This document shows, in pieces, positions 39,969 to 49,880 of a stretch of 64,000 bases of DNA. Location of the stretch: positions 62,001 through 126,000 of the forward strand of contig JABGXB010000002.1 in assembly GCA_018675975.1 (NCBI GenBank), given 5' to 3'. Below the pieces are notes generated by a model. The model did not search any database, was not told where the DNA came from, and saw nothing but the letters and a program-made list of their open reading frames with translations. The translations under genes and the position numbers were made by a program. This DNA comes from Candidatus Woesearchaeota archaeon. GTDB taxonomy: Archaea > Nanobdellota > Nanobdellia > Woesearchaeales > JABGXB01. Each line of letters begins with the position of its first letter. Within the stretch, counting starts at the first letter, position 1.

Positions 39969-40636
39969 TTTATTAATTTATACAACTTTAATGAAAAATT
40001 TGTAAATCCAATTAAATAAGTTAATACAATAAAAAACATTACAAAATGTGTATATATAATACCATGTTCGTAAAACCTTCGAGACGAGGTTATTATTTTT
40101 TGATCTATTATTTTATTTTTCATCATTTTTTTTAATTTTAAACTTATATTCAAATCTTCAAAGGGCAAATTTTCATTAAATCCACCAACATCATTAAATA
40201 AATTTTTAGTAATAAACATTGCTTGATCACCAAAAACTAAATTTAATATTTTTGCTCTTATATTACTAGTAAACTCTATTATTCTAAAATATAACTTTGA
40301 ACTATCAAAACTTAATTTGAAACAACCCCATGTATTTTTATCCATATTTTTTAATACATCCAAATCAATATTACTAATATCTGAATCAGCATGTAAAAAA
40401 AGAAATATATTTCCCGTCGATAAAAATGCCCCTTTATTTAATTGTTTAGCTCTTCCTTTTTCACCAAATATAGTTTTGATATTTTTATAATCATTTAGTT
40501 TATCAAAATAATCTTTATTTGCACTTTCAACAATCGTTATTTGACAATGAATATTCTTTTCATTTAATTGATTAATTAATTTAATTACATTTTGTCCATC
40601 ATTATAAGATGGTATTATAATACTTAATTCATTCAT
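39965..40636 (-). CDS. GT2 glycosyltransferase, TIGR04283-like
   Basis: SIIIP, GRAKQLNKGA, FLHAD, FGDQAMF, ED, TSSRR. Confidence 0.85.
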   Translation of the reverse strand: MNELSIIIPSYNDGQNVIKLINQLNEKNIHCQITIVESANKDYFDKLNDYKNIKTIFGEKGRAKQLNKGAFLSTGNIFLFLHADSDISNIDLDVLKNMDKNTWGCFKLSFDSSKLYFRIIEFTSNIRAKILNLVFGDQAMFITKNLFNDVGGFNENLPFEDLNISLKLKKMMKNKIIDQKIITSSRRFYEHGIIYTHFVMFFIVLTYLIGFTNFSLKLYKLIK

Positions 40637-40664
40637 ATTTCTTATTTTGATTTATAATTTAAAA

Positions 40665-40744
40665 GTCTTTTTGAATTTGCAAATTTATACATATTTTAAA
40701 GATACAAAAAATGTATCAATAAAATCTATGCAAATTCAAAAGGC
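40665..40744. repeat. nested inverted repeat (13-bp arms, inner 6-bp hairpin)
   Basis: TTTTGAATTTGCA 40669-40681 / TGCAAATTCAAAA 40729-40741; GATACA-AAAAA-TGTATC 40701-40717. Confidence 0.75.
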
Positions 40745-40819
40745 AAGCATACTATTATATTAATGTTAAAATTAATAATGATTAGTTTATAACTTCAAAA
40801 TAAAATTTTAAAAATAAAA

Positions 40820-41656
40820 TCAATTATTAAAAAAATAATTTAACATACCAAAAATAGAAAATATAATTAAATAATTAAAACCAAACAAATTTATTGTAAA
40901 TTCATTAAATAATAATTGACTAAATAAATATTGATCTTTTACTAAAATAATTAAACCTAATAAATTTCTAAATACTAATAATAAACTAAAAGCCAATCCA
41001 ATATAATAATATGTTAATATTGGTTTAGATTCAAAATAATTTTTTATCCACTTTGCATGCATTAAACAAGGCAATCCTAATAATAAAGATAAAAATAAAT
41101 AAATTTCAAAATTATTAGAAAAAATATTTACAGGATTATATATTAATAATGCAGAATTTAAATTATTAGATGAAAATATATCAAACCACTTCAAAAATAA
41201 AAATTTAATTAAATCAAAAATATAAATTGAGACAAACATACATAAAAATGCATAAACAAATTTCCAATATGTTTTGTATTTGAATAATAAATAATAACCA
41301 GATATAAAAAAACAATTGACTAATAATAAAAAAGGCATAGTAAAATAACTATATACTAAATTCTCTAATGTAAATGGTGAAATTACAGAGAATATGGTCC
41401 AAATTAATGCAAAAAATAATGAAAATGTAAATATATTTTTATTTTTAAAAAATGTATAATATATTAAAACAAATAATATAATCAATAAATTTGATATCAA
41501 AGGAATTATTTCAGATTGAGAATTTAATAAAAGAAATTTAATTAAAAATATATAAGTTATAAAAAATAAAAATACAATTAATACTTCATCTTTTGTTAAA
41601 TTCCAATTATCATAAAAATATTTTCTAGAATCCCTATATAATGTTTTAAGTGTCAT
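40820..41656 (-). CDS. polytopic membrane protein
   Basis: highly hydrophobic ORF. Confidence 0.6.
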   Translation of the reverse strand: MTLKTLYRDSRKYFYDNWNLTKDEVLIVFLFFITYIFLIKFLLLNSQSEIIPLISNLLIILFVLIYYTFFKNKNIFTFSLFFALIWTIFSVISPFTLENLVYSYFTMPFLLLVNCFFISGYYLLFKYKTYWKFVYAFLCMFVSIYIFDLIKFLFLKWFDIFSSNNLNSALLIYNPVNIFSNNFEIYLFLSLLLGLPCLMHAKWIKNYFESKPILTYYYIGLAFSLLLVFRNLLGLIILVKDQYLFSQLLFNEFTINLFGFNYLIIFSIFGMLNYFFNN

Positions 41657-41697
41657 AAGAAAAAAAAAGAAAAATTAGTTTTTAAACATTGCTAAAA

Positions 41698-42279
41698 TTA
41701 AAATAATTTATCTAATCTTCCATTTACAATATCCCAATTAATATTCAGTAAAAATGCATTTAGATAATTAACTTTTTTAGTACCATAATCAATCATAAAA
41801 GCATGTTCCCAACAATCTAATGCCAAAATAATTTCTTGATCCACTGGCAACCCAATATGATGTTCATACATAATATAAGTATGTAATTTATTTGTTTGTT
41901 TATTTAATGTTAATACTACCCAACCAGGTGTACTAACGGCAGAACTCTTTAAATCTAATTCAAAATTTTCCCATGATCCAAAAGAATCATTTATCATTTG
42001 TTTTAATTTTTCACTAGCATTTCCACTTGAACCCAAATTTTCAAAATATTTTTCATGAAGAAAAACTCCATTAAAAGCAATAGCTTCTCTTCTTTTAAGT
42101 TCAGAAAATTCACCAAAACTATAATTTGAAAGAGATTTATCCACATTTTGCAATTTTTCTGTAATTTCATTTAGTTTTTTTACATAACCCGCATATAAAC
42201 CAAAATGAGCTTCTAATTGATTATCGGAAATTCCGTCTACATTACCTAATAAATTATTAAAATTTTTAACTTCAAACAT
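41698..42279 (-). CDS. Fe/Mn superoxide dismutase family (ChrC/SodF-like)
   Basis: HFGLYAGYV, LHEKYF, FGSWENF, DCWEHAF; GGTGA SD. Confidence 0.9.
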   Translation of the reverse strand: MFEVKNFNNLLGNVDGISDNQLEAHFGLYAGYVKKLNEITEKLQNVDKSLSNYSFGEFSELKRREAIAFNGVFLHEKYFENLGSSGNASEKLKQMINDSFGSWENFELDLKSSAVSTPGWVVLTLNKQTNKLHTYIMYEHHIGLPVDQEIILALDCWEHAFMIDYGTKKVNYLNAFLLNINWDIVNGRLDKLF

Positions 42280-42379
42280 AAATATCACCAAATTTAGTTT
42301 TTTTCATTTATTTATAAAATAATTTATTAAAAATGTTTATAAATAAATAAAGTTACTCATATTCCCCCGCAAGTATAAA

Positions 42380-42988
42380 ATGATCGAAAAAAATATATCA
42401 AACAAAGCACTAATGAAATTTTATAAACATTTCATAAAAAAAAGTATTAATCAATTGTATAAAAGTAAAGGTAAAAATACTAGAATTTTTTTTGATACTT
42501 GTGCAATTTTAAAATTATATAATCATTATGGTTCAGATATATTAAAATCTAACAAACCTCACAATATGCCAGAATATATTATTACTAATCAAGTATTAGA
42601 AGAATTAGAAAATCAAAAATTAAGTAGACGTAAAAATGATAAAGGTAGATTACTTTGCCCATATGAATTAATGAATGCAGTTTATTCAAGAATTGGGGAG
42701 GAAAGTTTATTAGTACTTCCGACATTTGTAAAACCCGAACAATTAAATCAAATGAAATCAGTTGCAGATGAATTATCAAATAATAAAAGAATTTCAGAAG
42801 CAGATGCAAGTTTAATTATTGCGACAAGAGATGTTTTTGAAAAAGGAAAAAATCAATTTATTATAAGTTCAGATAGTGATTTATTAACATTGATGTATGA
42901 ACAAAAAAAAAATAGAAATATAATCACTGCAGGTATTATTACACCAGAATTATATAGACTAACGAGCGAAGCAAATGGTTTTTATTAA
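42380..42988 (+). CDS. PIN domain nuclease
   Basis: FFDTCA, ITNQVLEEL, SEADASLI, ISSDSDL acidic set. Confidence 0.75.
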   Translation: MIEKNISNKALMKFYKHFIKKSINQLYKSKGKNTRIFFDTCAILKLYNHYGSDILKSNKPHNMPEYIITNQVLEELENQKLSRRKNDKGRLLCPYELMNAVYSRIGEESLLVLPTFVKPEQLNQMKSVADELSNNKRISEADASLIIATRDVFEKGKNQFIISSDSDLLTLMYEQKKNRNIITAGIITPELYRLTSEANGFY

Positions 42989-43667
42989 ATTTCCAATAAC
43001 ATATCACCTTTCTTTTAGTAAAATTACTGATCGTGAAGATAAAGTTTTACCAGAAAAGGAAACTGAAGAATTTTTAGAACAAAAATTAATAGTTCAAGAA
43101 AAATTTGATGGAACAAATATTGGTATATCATTTCAAAATGGAGATTTAATGGTTCAAAATAGAGGTAGTTATTTATGTCTTGATGATTTAGATAGATTAG
43201 ATGAATATAAAGGTTTTACAAAATGGATTAATCAAAGAAAAGATTCATTAAAAGCGACTTTAACTTCAAGTGAAATATTATTTATTGAATGGATGTATTG
43301 GGAGCACACAGTAAAATATGATAGTTTACCTGATTTGGGTATAGGATTGGATATTTATAAAAAAAAAAATGACAAATTCTTAAACACATCCAGAGTTAAA
43401 AAAATATTATCAGGAAAAGTGTTTACACCAGAAATCCTTTATAAAGGAAAAATCACTCCAGAAATAATTGAAGAATTATTAAATCAAAATAGTTCATATT
43501 CAAATCAACCAAGAGAAGGTTTAATTTTAAGACAAGATTCTAGAAATTATAATATACAAAGAGCAAAAATCGTATCAGATAAATTTCAAATATCAAGCAC
43601 ACATTGGAAAAGTGTACCTAAAACAGCCAATATTTGTAAATATAATATCAATTTCTATGACTTATAA
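42975..43667 (+). CDS. ATP-dependent RNA ligase family nucleotidyltransferase
   Basis: motif I QEKFDGTN, LFIEW, LDIY, REGLILR, RAKIV. Confidence 0.85.
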   Translation: MVFIKFPITYHLSFSKITDREDKVLPEKETEEFLEQKLIVQEKFDGTNIGISFQNGDLMVQNRGSYLCLDDLDRLDEYKGFTKWINQRKDSLKATLTSSEILFIEWMYWEHTVKYDSLPDLGIGLDIYKKKNDKFLNTSRVKKILSGKVFTPEILYKGKITPEIIEELLNQNSSYSNQPREGLILRQDSRNYNIQRAKIVSDKFQISSTHWKSVPKTANICKYNINFYDL

Positions 43668-43737
43668 AGTAAACAATTATTTTGTCACCACTATTCAACA
43701 ATTACTTTTATAAATAAACAATTAGTGAAATATTCAA

Positions 43738-45693
43738 ATGTGGTCTAAAAATATATTAAAAACAGCAATTTTGTCATTTTCATTATTAACGAGTGAAGCA
43801 AAAACATGCTATGATGTAGAATATTTAGGAAAATCTAAATATAAAGTAATTGAATTTGATGAAATTGTACACAGAAATGAAATTAGATCAAAATATGGAT
43901 TTAAATTATACTCATTAAAAAATCAAATTTGTGATAATAGTAATACAGAAACGTATACAAAAAAAAGAAAAAAAAAAATACCATCAGTTTCAAAAAGATC
44001 TTATTCTAAACAAAATACAATAGGAAAAATTAGTGATTCAGTTCATGGAATGAATACTTTTTTAGAATCTATTTTTGGACCACAAGAACAAATACAACCA
44101 ATTCCAAAAAAAGTAATTCGAACTCAACAAAGAAGTCCACCGGTAAGAAAAATTGGAAGTATGGCTACGAGTTCACCAAAAAAAGAAAAACCAATTATTT
44201 ACACACAACAAACTCAAACACAATTACCTCAAACAAATATAGATTCAATTTTATATTCAAATAAATTAAATGAATATAGTCAAACTAAAAAAACTGTATA
44301 TGAAGGCTTACAAAAAAAAATTGAATCTTTAGATCCTCAAAGTAAAACAAAATTAATTAATTTAGTTAAAACAATTAATCAAAGTAATTTAAATGTTTAT
44401 AATGAAAAAATAAATTTAGATGAATTATTAAAAACATATGCATTTTTTAAATTAAATTTAGAATACTTTGGGGAAATAAAAAAAGATAAATTAAATCAAT
44501 TATATAGAGAACACAAGCATATAATTAATGAAAGTTATACTCAAGCTAGTAAAGAACAATTTGAAAAAACTGGATATAAATCAAATACTTTATTATTTGG
44601 TAATTTAATTGAAATCGCAATTAATTCTAATAATTTAATAAGAGAAAATTATCAATTTTTAGAGTCAATTCTAAAACCAGTAATTGATAATTTAAATAAT
44701 AATACACTATCAGAATTATTTGAATTAGATCAAAATCAAATTGAAATAAGTAGTTTATTTAATTTTGCAAATACATATGATAATCCAGAAACATTATTAT
44801 TAAAATCCGATCAAAAAGATAAACAAGAATATAAAAAAAGTTTAGAAGAATTATTAGAAAGTCAAACAGGTCAAAAACCAAATATTAAAATTGAAGAAAC
44901 ACCAATAATAAGAACAAATAGTTTTGATAGTAAAGAAAAAGCAATACAAACATTAGATGAAAAGTTATTAAATCCATTTAGAAGTTTAGTTGAAGGTAAA
45001 GATGAAACTCAAATGCAAATAATAGCATCTCAAACAATAAGCCCAGATAATCCTTATGGGAGAACAATAAAAACATTAATTAAAAATATTGGAAAAACAT
45101 TTTCAAAAAGTTCAGATATAGAAAATATTGAAAATTATTATTTAAATGTATTAACACAAAAATTAGAAGATCCACAATTAAAAAATTATTTAGAACAAAA
45201 ATTAAGAATTAAATTAAATAGTCAAACAATAAAACAAGAATATGAAGTTTTAAAAAATACTTTAACAAAAACATTCAAAACAATAGGTGAAAATACATTA
45301 AAACAAATAACAGATAAATTTGATGGAGATAAATTAAAAAAAAAAGCTAAAGGAAACGGAATTCGAGGATGGTTTTCTACAGCTGAAGCATTTTTTAATG
45401 GTGGAGAAAATTATAAACCATTTATTCAAATAAATCAAATTGACTATAAAGATACAAATAGTGGACAATTATATGGAAGTATGGTAACATTTGAAATTCA
45501 AACTAATAAAGGTGGAAATGAATTTTATTTAAATTGTCCAATTCCATTAAGCCCAGGATTTTCGGATTTTATTTATGCAATTAAAAATATATTAAAAAAA
45601 GGAAAAATTCCACAAATGAAATTTGCAAAATTAGTAAAAAAAACAAAAGAAATAATTAATTTAGATGATACTAAAATTGCTAATAAACAATAA
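43738..45693 (+). CDS. large secreted hypothetical protein
   Basis: signal-peptide-like N-terminus, 651 aa, Gln/Pro-rich linker. Confidence 0.6.
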   Translation: MWSKNILKTAILSFSLLTSEAKTCYDVEYLGKSKYKVIEFDEIVHRNEIRSKYGFKLYSLKNQICDNSNTETYTKKRKKKIPSVSKRSYSKQNTIGKISDSVHGMNTFLESIFGPQEQIQPIPKKVIRTQQRSPPVRKIGSMATSSPKKEKPIIYTQQTQTQLPQTNIDSILYSNKLNEYSQTKKTVYEGLQKKIESLDPQSKTKLINLVKTINQSNLNVYNEKINLDELLKTYAFFKLNLEYFGEIKKDKLNQLYREHKHIINESYTQASKEQFEKTGYKSNTLLFGNLIEIAINSNNLIRENYQFLESILKPVIDNLNNNTLSELFELDQNQIEISSLFNFANTYDNPETLLLKSDQKDKQEYKKSLEELLESQTGQKPNIKIEETPIIRTNSFDSKEKAIQTLDEKLLNPFRSLVEGKDETQMQIIASQTISPDNPYGRTIKTLIKNIGKTFSKSSDIENIENYYLNVLTQKLEDPQLKNYLEQKLRIKLNSQTIKQEYEVLKNTLTKTFKTIGENTLKQITDKFDGDKLKKKAKGNGIRGWFSTAEAFFNGGENYKPFIQINQIDYKDTNSGQLYGSMVTFEIQTNKGGNEFYLNCPIPLSPGFSDFIYAIKNILKKGKIPQMKFAKLVKKTKEIINLDDTKIANKQ

Positions 45694-45723
45694 TTTCTTA
45701 AATTAAATAAATATCTCTAAAAT

Positions 45724-45945
45724 ATGACTCATAAATTTATTCATGACAGAGAAAATTGTATTAGTTGCGGAGCTTGTGCTGCAATAAATGGAATTAAATG
45801 GAAAATGAATAAAGAAGATGGTAAAGCTGATTTAATAATTGAAAATATAACTAATGATGAATTTGAATTAGATATGGAAACAGCAGAGAGTTGTCCAGTT
45901 AATGTAATTCACATAAATGATGAAAATAAAAAAAAGTTAATTTAA
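45724..45945 (+). CDS. monocluster ferredoxin
   Basis: CISCGAC..CP. Confidence 0.9.
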   Translation: MTHKFIHDRENCISCGACAAINGIKWKMNKEDGKADLIIENITNDEFELDMETAESCPVNVIHINDENKKKLI

Positions 45946-46288
45946 GTTTTTTGAAATATATGAAAGTTTTAATAATCCATAATCCCAACTTTCAGTTGAA
46001 ACATTAGAACCTTTAAAATCTGACAAATGAAATCTCTCTCCTATTAATGAACTTTTGTTAGAATTTGACAAAATTTTCATTAATGATAAATATTGATCTT
46101 GACCCATAATTACTTCTAATTTATCAATACCCTCTCCTAATTTTAAAATTTTACTTTCTATTCTTTTACCACCATATCCCATACTAGTATGTTTAATATC
46201 CATAACAGTTTTTCATTAATGATGCACTAAGTGGTAAAATTGCATAAACCTCATCAGCCCACGCATTTTGATTTTTTTGTAATTCCAT
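45937..46288 (-). pseudogene. hypothetical gene apparently split by a frameshift near 46209-46213
   Basis: 31-aa ORF from ATG 46288 (TATA upstream) joins the 88-aa ORF 46203-45937 if one A is removed from an A5 run. Confidence 0.4.
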
Positions 46289-46394
46289 TTTAAAAGTATA
46301 TTATTAAAATAATTTATAATTATATTGCTTATGTAACATAGAAATTTTTTATATTATAATAAAATTATTAAATCAATTAAAAGTTTCACATAAT

Positions 46395-47021
46395 ATGAAA
46401 GAATTAATACAACAAGTAAATCAATTAAAAAAAACTGAAATTAAAAATATAATTGATAAACGAATGAAAGAATTTTCAGATTTAAATAAAATGTCAAATG
46501 AAGATTGGTTTAGCGAACTTTGTTTTTGTCTAACGACTGCAAATAGTTCTCAAAAAACAGGGGCAAAAATTCAAAATGAATTAGGATTTTCAGGATATTA
46601 TAATCTTTCTTTAAAAGAATTAACAATTAAATTAAAAGAACTAGGACATCGTTTTTACAATGTGAGAAGTCAGTTTATTTTTGAAGCTAGAAAAAATAAA
46701 AATATTAAAGAAATTTTAAGTCAATTTAATGATGATTTTGAAAAAAGAGATTGGCTCGTAAATAATGTAAAAGGATTAGGTATGAAAGAATCAAGTCATT
46801 TTTTAAGAAATACAGGACATAATAATTTAGCAATTTTAGATAGGCATATAATTCGAGCATTACAAGAAAATAAATTAATACCAGAATTTAAAACAATAAC
46901 AAAAAATATATATTTACAATCAGAAAAAGTATTAAATAAAATTTGTGATAAAACTAATTTAAGTCAAGGAGAATTAGATTTATATCTTTGGTATACAAAA
47001 ACTGGAGAAGTATTGAAATAG
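46395..47021 (+). CDS. ogg: 8-oxoguanine DNA glycosylase/AP lyase (archaeal OGG2)
   Basis: ELCFCLTTAN, GHRFYN, VKGLGMKESSHFLRN, AILDRH, DLYLWY..TGEVLK. Confidence 0.92.
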   Translation: MKELIQQVNQLKKTEIKNIIDKRMKEFSDLNKMSNEDWFSELCFCLTTANSSQKTGAKIQNELGFSGYYNLSLKELTIKLKELGHRFYNVRSQFIFEARKNKNIKEILSQFNDDFEKRDWLVNNVKGLGMKESSHFLRNTGHNNLAILDRHIIRALQENKLIPEFKTITKNIYLQSEKVLNKICDKTNLSQGELDLYLWYTKTGEVLK

Positions 47022-47055
47022 TTACATTTTTAAAAGGCTATAAAAATCATGGTCT

Positions 47056-47484
47056 ATGGAAACAGGAAGCACTAGTGAGCAATATAAAAAAAAATATAAA
47101 AGTTCACCGCTAATGAATTATTTGTTTTTTTTAAGTTTAGGACTATTTGTTAATTTTGCAATTTATTCAATAAAAATACAAAATGAAATTTCTATTAGCC
47201 ATATTAAAAATGATTCTAAACTTGAACTCTTATTAAAAGAAGTAGAAAAAGAAAAATTTGTAAGTGTTTTAGATAATTCATATCAAATGATAAATAGTCC
47301 ATTGACAAGTACTTCTGATATAAATTTTCAATTAAAAAAAGCTTATTTATTATGTCCAAGAAAAGAAAAAACTCAGTTAAAAGAAATAATTAAGGATTAT
47401 ATGTCAGAGTATGATAGTAAAGAAAACACTAAAAAATTACATTTTTTTATATCTGATCTTAAAAAAAAATATGATTTAAATTAA
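47056..47484 (+). CDS. hypothetical single-TM protein
   Basis: ORF track. Confidence 0.55.
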   Translation: METGSTSEQYKKKYKSSPLMNYLFFLSLGLFVNFAIYSIKIQNEISISHIKNDSKLELLLKEVEKEKFVSVLDNSYQMINSPLTSTSDINFQLKKAYLLCPRKEKTQLKEIIKDYMSEYDSKENTKKLHFFISDLKKKYDLN

Positions 47485-48498
47485 TAATGTAAATAATAAA
47501 TATCCTATAAAACAACCTGCAGTAACAAAAGGCATTGCAGGATAAAATTTATCTGGCTTACTATGAATAAATAACATATATAATGCAATTGCTGCACAAG
47601 CAGGAATAATTAAGACTTTTAAAAATAACATTTTTGATGCAATATCAAATGAAACTAATAATTCTCCTGCATTTCTAATAGAAATTAATTCTTGTAAATT
47701 TGCAAATAAAATTGCACCAGTAAACAATAATGAAAAACCAATATCTCCACCACCAAGAATCGCACCCTTACCAATTATTTCTTGATTTTCATCAATACTC
47801 ATTGAACTTTTAATATTATTATCAACCTTAGCATCTAATTTTTTTTCCATCTGAAAATTTTTATAAAAACTAGTTTCATCATTATTATATGGAATCATTA
47901 CACCTGCAAATACACCAGATTCAGTTTGAGAATTTGCTAAATGAACCATATGTTTTGAATGATTTACTGCAATAATATCATAAATTGAAATTATTATCAT
48001 AATTGCAAAAGCAGTCCATAAATTAATCGAACCAATAAAAAATTGAACTAAACCACCATATAAAAAAATTTCAGTTAAATTATGTATTATAAAATTGGGC
48101 CTATAAACTTTCCAAGCACCAGTAAATATACCAAGTATAATTGGCAACCATTGACCAATAAAAATATTTTGACTTTTATATAAAAATGCACCATATGCAA
48201 TTGAAAGACAAAAAGCCACCGCTAAAAAAAACCACAGTTTCCAAAATCCAAACAATTTAAAATAAATTATTACAAAAACCAATAAGGTACCAATAGCAAT
48301 ACCACCTATAATATAATATATAGCTTCATTTTCTTCTAAATCTGCATTTTCCCCAACAGGAGTATTAAATTGTTCAATAGTACCAGTTTCAATTGATTTT
48401 GATATATCAACATAATTATATATTACAATTAAGCCAACTAATTGAGCCAAAAAAAATAATATAATTAAATATGTAGTAATTCTAATTGAATGTTTCAT
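47476..48498 (-). CDS. presenilin-like intramembrane aspartyl protease (PSH)
   Basis: YD..AV..SKHM, LGGGD, PAMPF. Confidence 0.9.
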   Translation of the reverse strand: MKHSIRITTYLIILFFLAQLVGLIVIYNYVDISKSIETGTIEQFNTPVGENADLEENEAIYYIIGGIAIGTLLVFVIIYFKLFGFWKLWFFLAVAFCLSIAYGAFLYKSQNIFIGQWLPIILGIFTGAWKVYRPNFIIHNLTEIFLYGGLVQFFIGSINLWTAFAIMIIISIYDIIAVNHSKHMVHLANSQTESGVFAGVMIPYNNDETSFYKNFQMEKKLDAKVDNNIKSSMSIDENQEIIGKGAILGGGDIGFSLLFTGAILFANLQELISIRNAGELLVSFDIASKMLFLKVLIIPACAAIALYMLFIHSKPDKFYPAMPFVTAGCFIGYLLFTLLI

Positions 48499-48536
48499 AC
48501 TAAAAAAAACAAATTAATAGTTTATAATTTTATTTA

Positions 48537-49226
48537 TTAATTAAAATAATTAACTTTTTTAATCGTTTTAATCTTTTCAACCCAAGAATTTTTTAACTTA
48601 ATACATATATCAATCAAATCAGGTTTAAGTAATAACCATTTATCAAATAATTCTTTAACAAATTTTGCATCTTCATCAGAATCATTTAATAATGAAATAT
48701 GAAGTGAATATTTTTCATAATAGCTTAATATTTTAAAAATTTCATTCATTTTTTTAAAATCATTTTCACTAAGTTCTTCAGTTTCACTAGCAATTTGAAT
48801 ACTAGGCTCGCCAGAAATATAACATTCAATTATTTTTTGAAAAAAATCAGTTTTTTCAATTAATCGTCTTCTTACATTTTTTAAAAAAAATTTATTAACT
48901 TCTAAAATTGAAATTTCAAATTCTGAATCTATATTTTCAAAATCAGGTAAAAAATCATATTTTTTTTTTAATTCATCATAAACATTTTTCACACCAGTTT
49001 CTTCATACATCATATTACTTTTAGGCAATTCACCATTTTCTTCAATCACTTTTTTTAAATCGTCAAGCTTTATATTTATTTTAATTTCACCATTATTTGA
49101 AATATTTGCTTGATCTTTTACAATTTTAATTTTTTGTGGATCTTCAAATTTTGGTAATTCATCCATTTCTTTTTTATCTTCTAATATTTTTATATTTTCA
49201 TTATTATTTTCTTGATTATGTTCCAT
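48537..49226 (-). CDS. hypothetical protein
   Basis: ORF track. Confidence 0.65.
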   Translation of the reverse strand: MEHNQENNNENIKILEDKKEMDELPKFEDPQKIKIVKDQANISNNGEIKINIKLDDLKKVIEENGELPKSNMMYEETGVKNVYDELKKKYDFLPDFENIDSEFEISILEVNKFFLKNVRRRLIEKTDFFQKIIECYISGEPSIQIASETEELSENDFKKMNEIFKILSYYEKYSLHISLLNDSDEDAKFVKELFDKWLLLKPDLIDICIKLKNSWVEKIKTIKKVNYFN

Positions 49227-49298
49227 ATATCAAAATTAAAGATTTAATTTAAAAAGATTTCTAAGAAATATTATAAATCAAAATATACAAAAAAATGT

Positions 49299-49850
49299 AT
49301 GAGTAAACAAGAATCAAAATCAGAAGATTTCAAACCACATGAAAAAGATGAAAATGTGGGTGAATTAACAGTTAGAAATAGAGGAAAAGTTGATATGTCT
49401 AAGATATATACAGATTTACATCAATTAATTGTAGATTTAGGATATAAATGCCCATCAGATGGAACTCCATATATCGAAGAAAATTATTTCCAAGAAGACG
49501 CTCAAGATGGAAAATATATTAAATACAAATGGAAAGGAAATAAAAAACACGATGATATTTATACATCATATATTGAATTGAGTGCAGAGGTTCAAAAATT
49601 AGTTGATATAGAAAAAGTTGAAGATAATAAAAAAATCGTTAGTAATCAAGCCGACATAAAAATAAAAATAAAAGCAGGTATTATAGAAAAATTAGATAAA
49701 GAAGAAATAAGTGGTTTTTGGCATAATTTTTTTCCATCATTTAAAAAAAATTATACAGGCGATCAATATGATCTTTTAGAAGAAGAAGTATTTGATGCAT
49801 TAATGAAAATTCATAATTTGGCAAAAAATCTATTAAATTTAAGTGCATAA
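49299..49850 (+). CDS. hypothetical protein
   Basis: ORF track. Confidence 0.65.
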   Translation: MSKQESKSEDFKPHEKDENVGELTVRNRGKVDMSKIYTDLHQLIVDLGYKCPSDGTPYIEENYFQEDAQDGKYIKYKWKGNKKHDDIYTSYIELSAEVQKLVDIEKVEDNKKIVSNQADIKIKIKAGIIEKLDKEEISGFWHNFFPSFKKNYTGDQYDLLEEEVFDALMKIHNLAKNLLNLSA

Positions 49851-49880
49851 ACTTAAAAATTAAAAATCATTAAAAATAAT

